This document shows positions 46,851 to 60,854 of a stretch of 64,000 nt of DNA, one piece after another. The position numbers and the translations under genes were made by a program. Origin of the DNA: Lobosporangium transversale. Taxonomy: Eukaryota. Within the stretch, counting starts at the first letter, position 1. Every line of letters starts with the position of its first letter. The notes beneath the pieces are model-generated. The model saw nothing but the letters and a program-made list of their open reading frames with translations, ran no database searches and was not told where the DNA came from. The DNA lies in the NCBI RefSeq assembly GCF_002105155.1, contig NW_019028981.1, positions 1,364,001-1,428,000 on the forward strand, written 5' to 3'.

Positions 46851-48918
46851 CTATTTACACTCGAGTGGCTCATCCAATATATTAAGAGCAATCCCTTGTG
46901 CACGATCACTATGGCCATCAGTCCCGGCATAGTTATCGCTATTTCTTCCTTTCTTCCTCTTGGTGATCCATGCAAACAGTCGATTTACAATCCTCTCAGG
47001 TAACGCGACCAAAGCTAATGTAATGACTGTAAGAGCGCAACAGATGTAGGCCCAAAGGTCTCCTACTACCTGGTACATAGTCCATACTGGCTCGGGAAGG
47101 TCAGTAAAAACGGTTGCACTATAACTTAAACTGTTTAAGATTGGTGCGCTGCCAATCACCAATGGGTTATAGTAACTTGAGGCTATAGCGCCACGTCCGC
47201 CACATGAAAGGATGGTGATGCCTTGTTCCATAGCCCTGAATGCTTGAATAGCAGTCCCTAGCCGTATATTACCTTGATAAAGCAAAAAACAAAAAATAAA
47301 AAAATAAAAAATAAAAAAAAAAGAGAGAGAGAGAAATAAAGGTCAATCCACTGAAAGTTTGATTCGTCATTACACATCTAAATGTTTAGCACTTCTTGCT
47401 CTCTCTCTCTCTTTCTTCCTCTCTACGCCAACTTACCTTTACTAGCGGTCAAGCTGATCAATAAATTGATATTTTGTTGCTTAATACTCTTTGAAAACGT
47501 GTGGAAATTTAAATCAAATTCAGTTGCTCCTCCAATCAACCCAGAATTGAGTGAAAGCTCTCTTCCTGTTGCAGGTTGATTACTAGGCCCTGGCAAAATA
47601 TTGTTCTCGGCCCTAGGCTTCGGATGAGCCTTTTGATACTCAAATCCGACATTGCCGGCCTTGTCAAACATCACAAACATACTCTTGCCCTTAGTGTTGG
47701 TTGGAGCATCCACAAAATCCTCATAAGCGATACCGATGTATTTTGCGTATGTCGCAGAGATATTCCTTGCTTGTGTCCACAACTTATCCCGCTCTGTTAA
47801 AGTGCTAATGCGCATCATTTTCTCACTCCAAATCACTATATCAGAGTTAACTTTCGCTAAATTAGTTGTTTCGTTGAGTCGATAAGAGTATTCGTCTTCG
47901 AAAGAACTGTCAGAACCCCACGGTAGACCCGACAGACAAACAACCCGCGCGCTAGAGTGACTGAAATCGAGGATTCCTTTGACCTGAAAGGATCCATACA
48001 ACAAGACAATCATCATCATAAACAGGTATATAGACATCGGTGAAAAGGCTCCTGACCGGGCCTCCCCAGCTTGTTTCCGCATGTTGGCTTCAATAGGGTC
48101 CACATCATAGACACCGCCTTTTTTGTAATAACGTGTACGCATAAAGTGGGTGAAGCCGCGAGCGAGCATCACTGAGGTCCAGACCTTTTTGTTGAAAGAA
48201 GTGAAAAGGAAAGAAAAAAAAAAAGCATGCCAGCAAGGTCGGTATGAAAGCAATTAGACCCTGCGGCTCAAAGCCTTCAACATATATATACATACAAATC
48301 ACTCACCATGATAAACTCAAGTCCTCCAATACCAGCAACGGCCACCCATCGTACAAAGGGCTGGTTGTCAAGCTGGGAATAAGCAATAGATCCCACAGTC
48401 CCTAATGGACTAACAGCATATACCACTGTGAAAAGGGCCACCCACACAGTCGGCAAGACCATAGTTGCCACCAAAGCTCTCACTCCATTTTGAAATGCCT
48501 CATCCGGTTTCATAAACCTTTCTTGCCAGCTCAAATGGATCCAAAGGGCTACCAACTGAACAACTGAGAGACTGAACCCCAATAGCATCGATGAACCCAG
48601 ATCACTGTCTCCATTCTCTCCTATAGGGGTTTGGTAGGCAAGTCCTTTTCCGAGAGCCATACAGAGAAATAGATAAAGATTTGGGATGATTGCAGCTTGC
48701 GACCATATAGATGAAGGTAATGTAGATGACGAGGATGGTCCTCCAGGCCCTAACCTCTCTAAATAGCAGAGAGACATGAAAATGGCAAGGAAAGGTGCTG
48801 GCACAATATTGTGGAGCCCAGGGCCGAAATAGTCACAGATGCTGACCAAGATAGGAACCAAAACCGCAGTTATGGTTGGGATGGAGAAGAGCGCCTCTTT
48901 CCCTTCCTCCTCTGCCAT
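46851..48918 (-). CDS. Apolipoprotein N-acyltransferase (Lnt)/CN-hydrolase-like multi-TM protein, copy A, 3 exons
   Basis: TM region with SPLGTVGSIAYSQLDN..GIGGLEF; nitrilase-fold motifs VIWSE, YQKAH.KP, GGATEFDLNF, FRAMEQG; C-terminal TMYQVVGD + TM. Confidence 0.75.
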
Positions 48919-50048
48919 TGCCTTTATGTGTTGGCGATGTGAGAAATGGAAAGATATAAGAAGAGGAGAGAAAGAAAATAAGAAGAGGAAAGGGAAGGAG
49001 GAGAGGAGGGAAGTAGAGAATGAGTAGAGGGTGAATATAGTAGTGCGAATGAAGATGGAAATAAAAAAAAATTACATGATTTTTATAATCTTTGCCACCG
49101 CTACAGCCCAACCTTTGCTGAGAGCCCATCGGACATTCCGAGGAAGAGTTTTGATTTCAAAAAGATCTTCATTCTCACGATTAAGGTTGCCAGGATTATC
49201 CAACAGCCCACGATGAGCAATTTTCTTGGGATCTTTAAAGTTTTAGACAGGCACATGCAGGAAAAAAAAAAGAAAATAAAGGAACCCATTTGAATTTTGT
49301 TGAACATTTCTTATTGGAGAAAAAAATAAAATGTATTTACCCTGCTGGTTGAGTTGTTATGAAAGTGGTTCAACCGATGTTTGTAAATATATACCAGTTG
49401 ATTTGTATATGGAGGTTTGAATTGCCCCGTTTTAATTCTCGAAAACAAGGTAAAGGCAGATGATACATGCCCATGCATAACCGATCGCCTTGTAGTATGA
49501 TCTCACTAAAAGTCAACAATCGCAAATATCTCTGTGCGTGAGCCACAGCTTGATTCCTGGTATTCATAAAAAGGGCCCTATGTTGGCAATAGGCTTCGTT
49601 GTGGCTAGGCCACCATCATTAAGCATTGATCTAATACTCGAAGCGAAGTATTAGTCCCAGGTGGCCTTTGAGGCTTGAAAATAAAAAATAAAAAAGAAAA
49701 TTTTTTTTTTTTTCACCGAGTGTTATTTTGTAGAAAAATTCATTGTTAGCCTCTCATGGGGATAGTGGTAACTTCAATAACGTTAATCTTCCATCCTACA
49801 TTTGAACAATGTTCATGTGATATAAGGGTGCAGCAATAATCCCAGAATCAACTCTTGGCACCAGTTTCGCTCAAGCCTAATTTCCCCATAGGGGCCTCTC
49901 ATCCTAGCAAGGAAAAATTGAATCGCTTAGTGTCAGTGTCATGAAGGGCCTTGATATTGTTGATTCTGACAAAAGCAATTAAACATTCGCAAATAATCTC
50001 TGTCTATACTCGCAAGTACATTGGAAGCTTGAATTTGCTTGGTGAAGG

Positions 50049-50082
<34 letters not shown>

Positions 50083-50430
50083 CTTCTGCACCAAGGCTCA
50101 ATATCTACTGATGATAAATGCTGACTCCCAAACCTATAGTGCCAATATTTATATATTAGTATTTTACCACTTTAGTGTAAACTAGTCGATGCAGCACGCT
50201 TAATTCTCCTTTAATTTTGTCCGCCTCCCAATTATTGAACCTTAGTTCTAGTGCTAAACTCCCACAGGTGGGTTTGATGCACTCCATGGAAACAAGAAAG
50301 TCTTTTTTGATCGCGAGTAAAACTATGGGAGGCTATCTTTATGAAAACTACAATAAACGAGAAATATATTACGGTATATAGTTAATGGTACTTTTATTAC
50401 AGGATTGAATTAATAATTCAATATGGGTAT

Positions 50431-52779
50431 CTATTTACACTCGAGTGGCTCATCCAATATATTAAGAGGAACCTCTTGGGCACGATCACTATAGCCATCA
50501 GCCTCGACATAGTCATCACTATTTCTTCCTTTCTTCCTCTTGGTGATCCATGCAAACAGTCGATTTACAATCCTCTCAGGCAATACAAGCAAAGCTAATG
50601 TAATGACTGTAAGAGCGCAACAGATGTAGGCCCAAAGGTCCCCTACTACCTGGTACATAGTCCAGACTTTGTCATGTACTTCAATGTTAACAGTGTTTGA
50701 ATTACGAGAGGATGTTTCACTTCCAACTATCATTGGATTATAGTAATTTGAGGCTATGGAGCGAAGTGCGCCGCATGAAAAGATAGTGATGCCTTGCTCC
50801 ATAGCTCTGAATGCTTGCACAGCAGCCTCTTGACGTACGAAACTAGCTTTATAAGGCAAAAGGAGAGGAAAGAAGGTCAATCCATTGAAAGCTTTAGTTT
50901 CGTCATTCCATATCTAAATATTTAGTACACTCGAATTTTGATTATCCGAACGATTTGCCATAGAAAACGTTCGGATAAAAATTAGGTTTTATTGAATTGA
51001 GCTGTATTCTAAATTTTACAAAATATATATGTTCAGGTGACCCTGCACTTATATGTTCCCTAAATGCACGGCATTCGTTCGGCCATTCGTTCGGATGTGC
51101 AGTTAGGGGACCTATAAGTGCAAGGTCACCTGAACATTTCTATATATTTTGTAAAATTTAGAATACAGCTCAATTCAATAAAACCTAATTTTTATCCGAA
51201 CGTTTTCTATAGCAAATCGTTCGGATAATCAAAGTTCGAGTGTACTTGTTGCTCTTTCTCTCCCTATTTCTGCCTGCGTCAAACTTACTAGTAGACCTGC
51301 TCAAGCTGATCAATAAATTGATATTTTTCTGCTTAATTCCCTTTGAGAATGTCTGGAAATTTAAATCAAATTCAGTTGCTCCTCCAATAACCCCAAGGCT
51401 GAAAGAGGATGCTTTTCTTTCTGCTGCGGGCTGATTACTAGGCCCTGGCAAAAAATCGTTATCGATCCTAGGCTTTAGATGAGCTTTTTGGTACTCAAAT
51501 GCAACATTGCCGTTCCCGCTATACATCACAAATATACTCTTGCCCTTATTATTGCCTGTGCTATTATCAAAATCCTCATAAGCGATACCAACATATGTCT
51601 TGTACGTCATAGAGACATTCTTTGCTTGTGCCCATAAGTCGTTCCGCTCTTGTGAAGACGTAATACGTATCGCTTTCTCACTCCAGACCACTACATTAGA
51701 TCCATCTTTCGCCATCTCAACTGTTCGGTTGAACTGGTAACTTTGAATATCGGAAGGAAATCCATATGGAATTTGTGCTGACATATCACTTGTTGTCGAC
51801 AGACAAGAAATCCGTCTGGGAGAATAATTCAATCTATACTTCCCATTGGCCTGAATGGATCCATACAACAAGACAATCATCATCATAAACAGGTATATAG
51901 GCATCGGTGCAAATACTCCTGACCGGGCCTCTCCAGCTTGTCTCCGCATGTTGGCTTCAATAGGGTCCACATCATAGACACCGCCTTTTTTGTAATAATG
52001 TGTGCGCATCAAGTGGGTGAAACCGCGACCAATCATTACTGAAGTCCAGACCTTTTGTTAAAAGAAGTGAAAAGGAAAGAAAAAAAAAAAAGCATGCCAG
52101 CAAGGTCGGTATGAAAGCAATTAGACCCTGCGGCTCAAAGCCTTCAACATATATATACATACAAATCACTCACCATGATAAACTCAAGTCCTCCAATACC
52201 AGCAACGGCCACCCATCGTACAAAGGGCTGGTTGTCAAGCTGGGAATAAGCAATAGATCCCACAGTCCCTAATGGACTAACAGCATATACCACTGTGAAA
52301 AGGGCCACCCACACAGTCGGCAAGACCATAGTTGCCACCAAAGCTCTCACTCCATTTTGAAATGCCTCATCCGGTTTCATAAACCTTTCTTGCCAGCTCA
52401 AATGGATCCAAAGGGCTACCAACTGAACAACTGAGAGACTGAACCCCAATAGCATCGATGAACCCAGATCACTGTCTCCATTCTCTCCTATAGGGGTTTG
52501 GTAGGCAAGTCCTTTTCCGAGAGCCATACAGAGAAATAGATAGAGATTTCGAAGGATTGCAGCTCGTGACCATATAGATGAAGATAATGTGGATAATGGG
52601 GATGGTCCTCCAGGCCCTAACCTCTCTAAATAGCAGAGAGACATGAAAATGGCAAGGAAAGGTGCTGGCACAATATTGTGGAGCCCAGGGCCAAAGTAGT
52701 CACAAACGCCGACCAGAATGGGGACCCAGAATCCGACTAAGCTTGGAGAGAAGAGTATTTTTCTCTTTTCTTCTGCCAT
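50431..52779 (-). CDS. Lnt/CN-hydrolase-like multi-TM protein, copy B, 3 exons
   Basis: Same exon structure and motifs as copy A; intron 2 is enlarged by a MITE. Confidence 0.75.
50928..51242. mobile_element. 315-bp MITE with long near-perfect TIRs and TA target-site duplication (Tc1/mariner-pogo-like)
   Basis: TA|CACTCGAATTTTGATTATCCGAACG...CGTTCGGATAATCAAAGTTCGAGTG|TA. The arms are complementary over ~140 bp, and the insertion is absent from the paralogous intron at ~47385-47400. Confidence 0.92.
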
Positions 52780-53589
52780 TGCCTTTATGTGTTGACGATG
52801 TGAGAAATGGGATGATATAGGAAGAACTGAGGAAGAAAATAAGAAGAGGAAAGGAAAGGGTTGGAGGAAGGGAAAGAAAGATAGGAGAGAAGGTAGAGGG
52901 CGAATAAAGAGCTAACAAAATTGCATAAATGAAGATAAGAATAAAAATCAATTCAGGACATGATATAATCTTTGCCACCGCTACAGCCCAACCTTTGCTG
53001 AGAGCCCAACGGACATTCCGAGGAGGAAAATTGATTTTAAAGAATATACAAAAAGATCTTCACTCCCATGATTAAGGCTGGCAGTTTTATATTGTTGGTA
53101 TCCAATACCTTGGTATCTTTATAGACAAGCACATGCGGACAAAGAAAAGAAAAAAAGAGGAGCCAGTTGAATTTTGTCCGACAGTGTTTGTAAATATCGG
53201 GCCTTTTTTTCTTTTCTTTTCTTTTTAGAGCAAAAAAAGTCCATTTTCTGTACATGTACAAAATGCTTTTTTAGGTTAAGGGGGAATGGAAATAAACAAA
53301 AAACACAAAGATAACAGCTTGCTTTATTCCGATTACCCACCACAATACTTTAAACAATGGCTTTGATACAAAAAAAAAAAAAAAAGAGTTGATAGATCCA
53401 AAGATTTTATTGGCAGTACATGTACTCAGGGATAAAAAAAAAAAAAAAGTAACAAAGCCTTGAAGGTATGATGAATGGCTGATACAATTCATCACAATAT
53501 AAATACAAAAATAAAAAAAAAAATAAAAATAAATAAACTTGAAAAAGTGGTCATCTTCAGAAACAGTATCTAATGTCTATCGTTAATGT

Positions 53590-53620
<31 letters not shown>

Positions 53621-53645
53621 CAATACATATTTTTGAAGAGTTCGT

Positions 53646-54237
53646 TCAGCGACTCCGACCAGAATGGACCTGAGCAGTAGGTTGGATATACGTTGGAGTC
53701 AATGACAATGGAGACATGTTGGACCCATTCATCCCTGCACTCATACCTACCCCAACCATCTTTTGAGGAGGAGCCATAGTGACTGTTGTGGGTATAGTTA
53801 TAGTCATAGGCATCGAGGCTGTGGAGCCTTTGACGGAGTTCAGACCCAGTCCGACCTGTTTCTGCTGCTGCTTCAGCTGCCTTTGTTGCTGTTGAAGTTG
53901 CTGTTGCTGTTGAGCCAGCATCTGCTGCTGCTGAAATCGGATCTGCTGCAGTTGCTCCAACTGTTGCTGCTGTTGATGTTGAAGCGACATATCGTAACTA
54001 CCTGTGATCGCAGTCGCGCCCAAGCTTGGGCTTGGATTCGGAGACACTTGAAGCATATGCGGTGTTGTTGGAGCATCCAACTGATGTTGCTGTTGGACTG
54101 TAAAATAACCGTTGGAGGAAAAGCGCTTAGGTGATGTTCGTTGAGGAGTCATCATTGGCGAATGCTGTCCTGATTGCTGGTGTAGACTACCCTGGCTTCC
54201 TGAGAACACTGTGCGCTGGTATGGATGTTGCTGCTGC

Positions 54238-54308
<71 letters not shown>

Positions 54309-55680
54309 TTGAATTGTGTACTGGCTGCTCGATGAGAGTCGCTTACTTTGTGCATCCGTCATAGCATACAGGCCTGGGCTAGATGGGTGGGCTGACAATG
54401 GGCTGCTCATGTTTCCACTATGGAAGAAATGATGGTGTGATCCATTCGAGTCATGCCTAGCATTAGGGTCTCTTGCCAGCATTATGGGTGCACCACCCAA
54501 AGGTGATGATGGATGATGATGCTCATCCGCAAACATAGGTGTACGCGTCTTGGGTGAGCTACACTGAGGCTGAGGGGTGCCACCTAATCTCTGATTGGTC
54601 TTGAAGTCTCTTCGATGCTGCTGAACCAAGTTTGATAGGATAGGGTCCAATTTTGCATCCTTCGTGAACGCTTCCTTCTTTGCATTGGGTGTTTGGAAGC
54701 AAACAGAGGCACTTTCGCGGTCAACCTTAGAAATGAGTGTCTCCGTAACAATGACCGGAGTGCTACTTCTACGTGCCATCGTGGGAAGCGTTGGTGTGAG
54801 AGATGGGGATGGAGAGCGTCCTAGCTCAGCGCCCATGAAGCTGTGCCGTTGATGGGTGAGGTGCTGAGGCTGAAGCTGAGGCTGAGAGATGTGAAGCTCA
54901 CGGTCCATATAGGCACGAAGCTGAGGCGAAGAGGTTGAGAGTGGTGTACCGTGGGTCGAGCGGCGCACTTGTTGAGCCGCAGCCATTGCTTGTGCTTGAT
55001 GATCAATGTACATAGGCTCGCTCTTTTGAACAGAATACCGGTTGATGCTGCTACTGCTGCTGTTATTGCTGCCATTGCTGTGGGACTGATGCGACGGTTT
55101 GGGTGAAGAAGATCGAGAGATAGGCGCGCCTGACATGGCGCCCAAGTTGGAGCTCGATAGACGGTGATGTCTGTTGCCTTCAGTATCCTCGAACCCACTA
55201 TCTCTTGTCCTTCGCAACAGATGCTCCTCCATTTTGATGTTCTGAGCAGAGGAATTAGATGTTGCAGAAACAGAGCCACTGTGCTTGGTTATGTTGCCGA
55301 TCTGGTCTGGCGTCGAAAGCGAGCGCTGATGAGAGTACAAACCTCTATGTGTATGACTAGGTGGAGTCAATTCATCAATAGGGGTCAATGAGGTGGTCGA
55401 ATTTCTGGCCTCTGCTGATTTTTGTCCGAGTGTGGACGATGATGAAGACTTTGAAATTGGGGATGTGATTGAATCGGAGGACTTGCTTCCGCCAAAGAAC
55501 TTGGATATCCGCTTGCCAAGGGACACTGGAGTAACGAAAAGAAAATATGATTGCAAATAAAAAATAAAAAAATAAAAAAATAAAAAAAAAATAAAAAAAA
55601 AAAATAAAAAAAAAATAGGTATGCGTCAATACGTTTATTTATTTGTATGTAAGGAGCAATTCAGCGAAAAGTACTCGAAG

Positions 55681-55713
<33 letters not shown>

Positions 55714-56864
55714 GCTTACTCTTCTTCTTGTTTGACTTGACTGATTCACAGTTCTCAGAGGATGACAGAGTGTCAGAGTTCTGAGATGACTCGGAGAGGG
55801 AGAGTTGGGAAAGAGCTATAGAAGATACCAGCGATAGAGAAGATATATTGACAGGTTAACAATTAAATTCATACTCCTGAAGTCCATGGAAGATCGATTC
55901 TTTCTGGTTTTGCATTTGTGCCACACGATTCGATCTAATCGTGTAACGTAGCATAGTACAACAATATTTCTCGTACCTTGTAAAGTGTCGTTGCCAACAG
56001 TATTGAGCCCCAATGCTGCACCTGACATGAATTTTGAGCGACGCTTGGCTTCTGCAGCGGGGCCACTCAATGTCTCGTCATCACTATCCTCCTCCGAAGG
56101 AGTGTACTGCTTTGACAGCTTGGAGCGATGGGCAGGCAGTCCCCAGCTTTGGAGCCGCACTGGATTGTCTATAAGAAGGGGCGAACGCGTACGTCATTTG
56201 TAAGTGGTCAAAGTATAAATAACATTGCTCAGTCAGCAAAAGAATGACGGCTTTCAAATCCCTTTATTCCACTTGTCTCCCCTCTTTTTATTTTTTATTG
56301 ACCGTATTAATAGATCCGCGCAGAGGCCATGGCGCAAGCATTTGGTTACACATGATCTGACATGCAAGTGCAGATTAAAATAAAAAAAAGGGACGGAATC
56401 GACGCATTTACAAAGGAACCCGTTCGTTGAATCCCTTCATTTCCCACCAATACAATTACATGATCAAGAGTCCAATGCATATACGAATACGTCATGGACT
56501 GAGCTCGTTTTTTTATAAAGTTTGAATTGCTTCCTTGCTTACCTGATGCATGGTCATAGATTGCAGTATTGGATCCTAAACAGGTAGGGGAAGATGATGG
56601 AGATGGCGAGTGCAACGTCTTGGTGGGTGATGGTGGTGGCATGTAGTTTGAATAGATTGTATGGGATTGAGATCGAGGACGTGTGTTGCGGTGTTTGTCC
56701 TGGGCTTGATGAGCAACTGAGGGCTCAAGCAGAACGGAAGAAGGACGAGTGACCACGTTTGGTGGAACGGGATAGCGCATTTGTGTTGAAGATTGCTGCT
56801 GGTAACCCTGGGAGTGAGAAGGTTGAGGTAGTTGCTGCGAAGCGTTTGTGGAAACGAGATTCAT
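53646..56864 (-). CDS. Large low-complexity Ser/Gln/His-rich protein of unknown function, 4 exons
   Basis: GT-AG joins (DHAS|DNPVRLQ, TLQ|ALSQL, NKKK|MSLGKR) put the ORF pieces in one frame. Long polyQ tract at ~54226-54311. Confidence 0.7.
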
Positions 56865-57650
56865 GATGGTAGTACTGTACAGTCGAATGCCGCTGAATCA
56901 CGTAAAGAGATTTGTAAAGGTTGGGAGGATATCGTCAAAAAAGGCGAGTTACAATGAACAACAAGATGTCGATGAGAATGTTACAGATAGTTCTTTTTAA
57001 AAAAAAAAATTGTCAGATAAAATCCTTTAGAACCATTAACACATTCTGGTCAATAAAAGAATGATGAAAATGGAGGTATGAATGGATAGGGAGCTGAATA
57101 TAAAAAAAATTATGATGAGAAAGGGAGTGGAATGTGTGGATGTGAGAGAGAGGGGTGATGATATTACAGGTAGAGTTGAGGAGAGCTGACTAACGGCAAC
57201 AGCAATGAAGAAAAAAGAAAAGAAAATAAAAGAAAGAAAGAAAGAAAGAGAAAGAGAGAGATATAGATGGACAGCGATGCACAACGACAACAGCAAACCG
57301 GTTTCCAGGAGCCTACACCAAAAGATGGCTATATGCTGGCAGTTAAAATGGCTCTGAATGATGGACAAACGGATAGGCAGCTCTTCGGATCTATGTATTG
57401 GAGAGAAAAGAACCAAAACATTATTAATTTGTCGGTATGTAGATGTGATATGTAAAATGCTTAAATAAATTATTAATAGTACAACTGTGATTTCAATTTA
57501 ATAAAGGAGCGGCTCGAATGAGCTGTTAATGCAATACAAATTATGTGTGTGTTGGGCCAAGCAAGATGCATGGAGAAGTGCATTAGAATAGATCATTGAA
57601 CATTCAAAGGACTCCTCGATCGGTGGCCGATGGGATCGCTGCCCTTTTCA

Positions 57651-57684
<34 letters not shown>

Positions 57685-60059
57685 AACACACCACATACAT
57701 GGTAGAACACACATGTATGGAACCAAGACAGAAAAAGACTAGTGCAGGTACCGGACAGGACGGCCTGGAATATTCACAGGTACAGATTGTCCGTTGATGC
57801 ATGGGGATATGATAGGTCGCGTGTCTAGACTTCATCTGATCGATCCATGACAGAGCCAATGGAGAGGGAGTCAGGTAGTAAGGCAGTTAACAAGGTCAAA
57901 ACGAGAGAGCACGTTCACGCGAAACAATGAAGAAAACAAATGAAAGAAGGTAGTAAAGAGTTGAGAAGAGCAGATTAAAGAAGAGGAATGAGAGCTGGGA
58001 GCTTTGATACATTCATTCACGTAAACAATGCACGTGTTATGATCGGAAACACAAAGTGTGAAAGCAATGGCTCTAGTCAAGCACGTTGGGTATAGCATCT
58101 CATGAACCAATATGTTTCAAAAATAACAGCCCATGGTCTTGCGGCAACTGTAACCGATAAACGATGCAGACTTTCATCATTACTTCTCCCTTTCTGTAAC
58201 ATCCTCTTCCTCCTTTTTTTTTTGATGCCTCTTTCTCCTACTAAAGTTCAGTTCTGAGTTGATTCTCCAAGTCATGTGAGTGGGACAATAATTAACAATA
58301 GATAATGTGCATGAGATGAGATCTTCGAGAAGACAGAGGGGGAGGCTAGGGAGGGGACTCCTAGCACCATGGACCATGAAGACGGGTGGTGTTTTGCAAT
58401 CTAAAAAAATAAGAGCCCGTGCTTTCTACACCACAACGCACAGTGCCATGGTAAAAAAGAAAGGAGGGTCCTGCTATTTTTTTGAACAAGGCCCATTCGT
58501 CTCTTCCACTTTTTCTTTTTCTTCTTTCCTTTGCTCGGACCGTTCTGGCCCTTAGATCCCTGGATGTTGTCCCGAAAATAAAGCAAGATAAAAATTGGGG
58601 GGATAACGCGCTCTCACAAGCCAGCCAATGAATGCTTGTGCTTCTCTTTTTTGAAACAGGTGCACGCATCGCACCACACATGCACATTCATGACACTGGT
58701 CATGACTACAAGATTGAAATGAATGAATCCAACTTTGATGTTTTAAAAAAAAAGTCCGGATGTTGTTACCTTTGAGGTATTAAATATTAGGATAGATAAA
58801 AGAAAGAAACATACACAAGTCGTGATGGAATGAAATCTCTGTGGCTCTCAGAAATGGAAGTGAGGGACTAATGTGAAAAAAGAGCACAATAGGATGGAGA
58901 AAAAAAAAAAAAAAGCCGATGGTATGAATAAATGAAAGAATGAAAGAGTTGAGAATGAGAGAAAAGAAAAATAAAAAAAAAATAAAAAGAAGAGTGAAGG
59001 AAAGAAAGGCGCAATTGAAGGCTTCGTATTTCAAAACTCCACTCCAATGTACTCTTTATATTTTGTTGATGTTAGGCTAATAATGCAGGCTTGATGGCCA
59101 TGGCATGTGGCTCTTACTCTTCGCCCTTTCTCATTTCCTAATCTTTCTAACACTGGCTTCTATTTTCTTTCCCTATCATGTCTTGATCTTTCTTTTTTTT
59201 TTTCAGCTTCTTTTTCTTGCTATTGTCATGAATGTGTTGATCTTGTTGGGGGATCTCAACAGCAGGGATCCTTTTGATTACATCAATGCCTAGTTTTCGT
59301 CTCATTGGGGAGGAGTAAAAAGGCATTGACAGCAAGCTGTTTGCCAACAAGAAACAGGCTAGCTGCAGACAAAATTAGTTGATGGAATGGAAATTTAAAC
59401 AGATTCAATGGTCAACTCAAAGTTATTCTTAGCGGAAAGGAAAAAGAAGACCCACGATGGATAAAAATATCCTCAACTGTCACTGTCCCCCTCCGCCTTT
59501 GGTCGTACATGGCATACATTGATTTAATTGGATCAATAAGTTATATATAAAAACTACACTCTCAATAGCCCGTAGGTCGCCCTAGGGCTAATTTTGTTGT
59601 CAGTCATCATTCAGGCACAACGAAATCTTGTGAACATGTGGCCCTGCTACTCTCTGTACTAAAAAAAAAATAAAAAAAAACGAACATTCGTCGTGTGAAC
59701 ATTGGAGATATGACATCTATATACATATCCAACTAGATAAAGGGGCAGGAAAGAAAAGAATAAAGCAGAAGCATGGAGAATATATACTTGCTCTTCTCTC
59801 TCTCTGTTTGCTCTACATATACTCTACTCTACATGTATTTACTCTGCTCTTCTTGCTTGTCAATCATAGAAGAAGAATAAAAAACATATTTCATAATATA
59901 AGAAAAAAACCAATGGCTAAACTGGCTAAACTTTTTGCATATCATCAACAAACATGATGCTCTCTCTCACACGCTCCAAAGAAGTTTAACAAATACTTTC
60001 ATTCCATGGCGGCACCTTAACCTTAATATTGGTATCCAGTTCATACATGTATCCAATAT

Positions 60060-60064
<5 letters not shown>

Positions 60065-60106
<42 letters not shown>
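60065..60106. repeat. (TA)n microsatellite
   Basis: Directly visible run of about 20 TA units. Confidence 0.9.
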
Positions 60107-60109
<3 letters not shown>

Positions 60110-60819
60110 CTATATTTTCTTTTTCTTTTTCTTTTTTCATCATTGATCAATGCTCATTCTTGGCAAAAGGATTTTCTCTCTTTCTCCTTCCTCATCAACC
60201 TTATTTGATCGATCCCGAGTAATAAAGCATTTTTAAGGTTTTATCAAGTTGTAACAAATAAACCACCTTCAATCCCTTAATTCTTGTCCTTAATGGTCAT
60301 TACGACCGAAATCCGATCCTTTATAGATTGACACATCTCGACACATACAAGTCATAACGTGCTGCATAAGTCACATGGGACGCTCCATATATATATATAC
60401 TAACTGAATCATCCATGTTGAACAGAGCTTTAAAAAGTTGTGAGCAGGCGACAATAGATAGAGTAAAGTATTGCTGACAAAACACTATTTTCATAAAGGT
60501 TTCAATACGCGTAATCAATATTTACAGCAACATTTAAAGCACAGCCATACTGGTCACTTTTAACGATGGCACCACGCATTTCTGTTAAGTAATGCACAAG
60601 TGCAATATCTATCTATTTTAACAACGACGATGGCACAAACGCGAGATAGTCGGGTAGGAACCAAACAACACGTGCTCAGCCAACCAAATCATTTATTTCT
60701 CTTCAATTAAAGAGCCACCTGGCCTACATCGATTTTTATGAACAATAAAATAGTTTTTCTCCTGCAACTGATGTAATACAAGTTTTATTATCATCAACTC
60801 TGATCACTTGTTCTCAATT

Positions 60820-60854
<35 letters not shown>

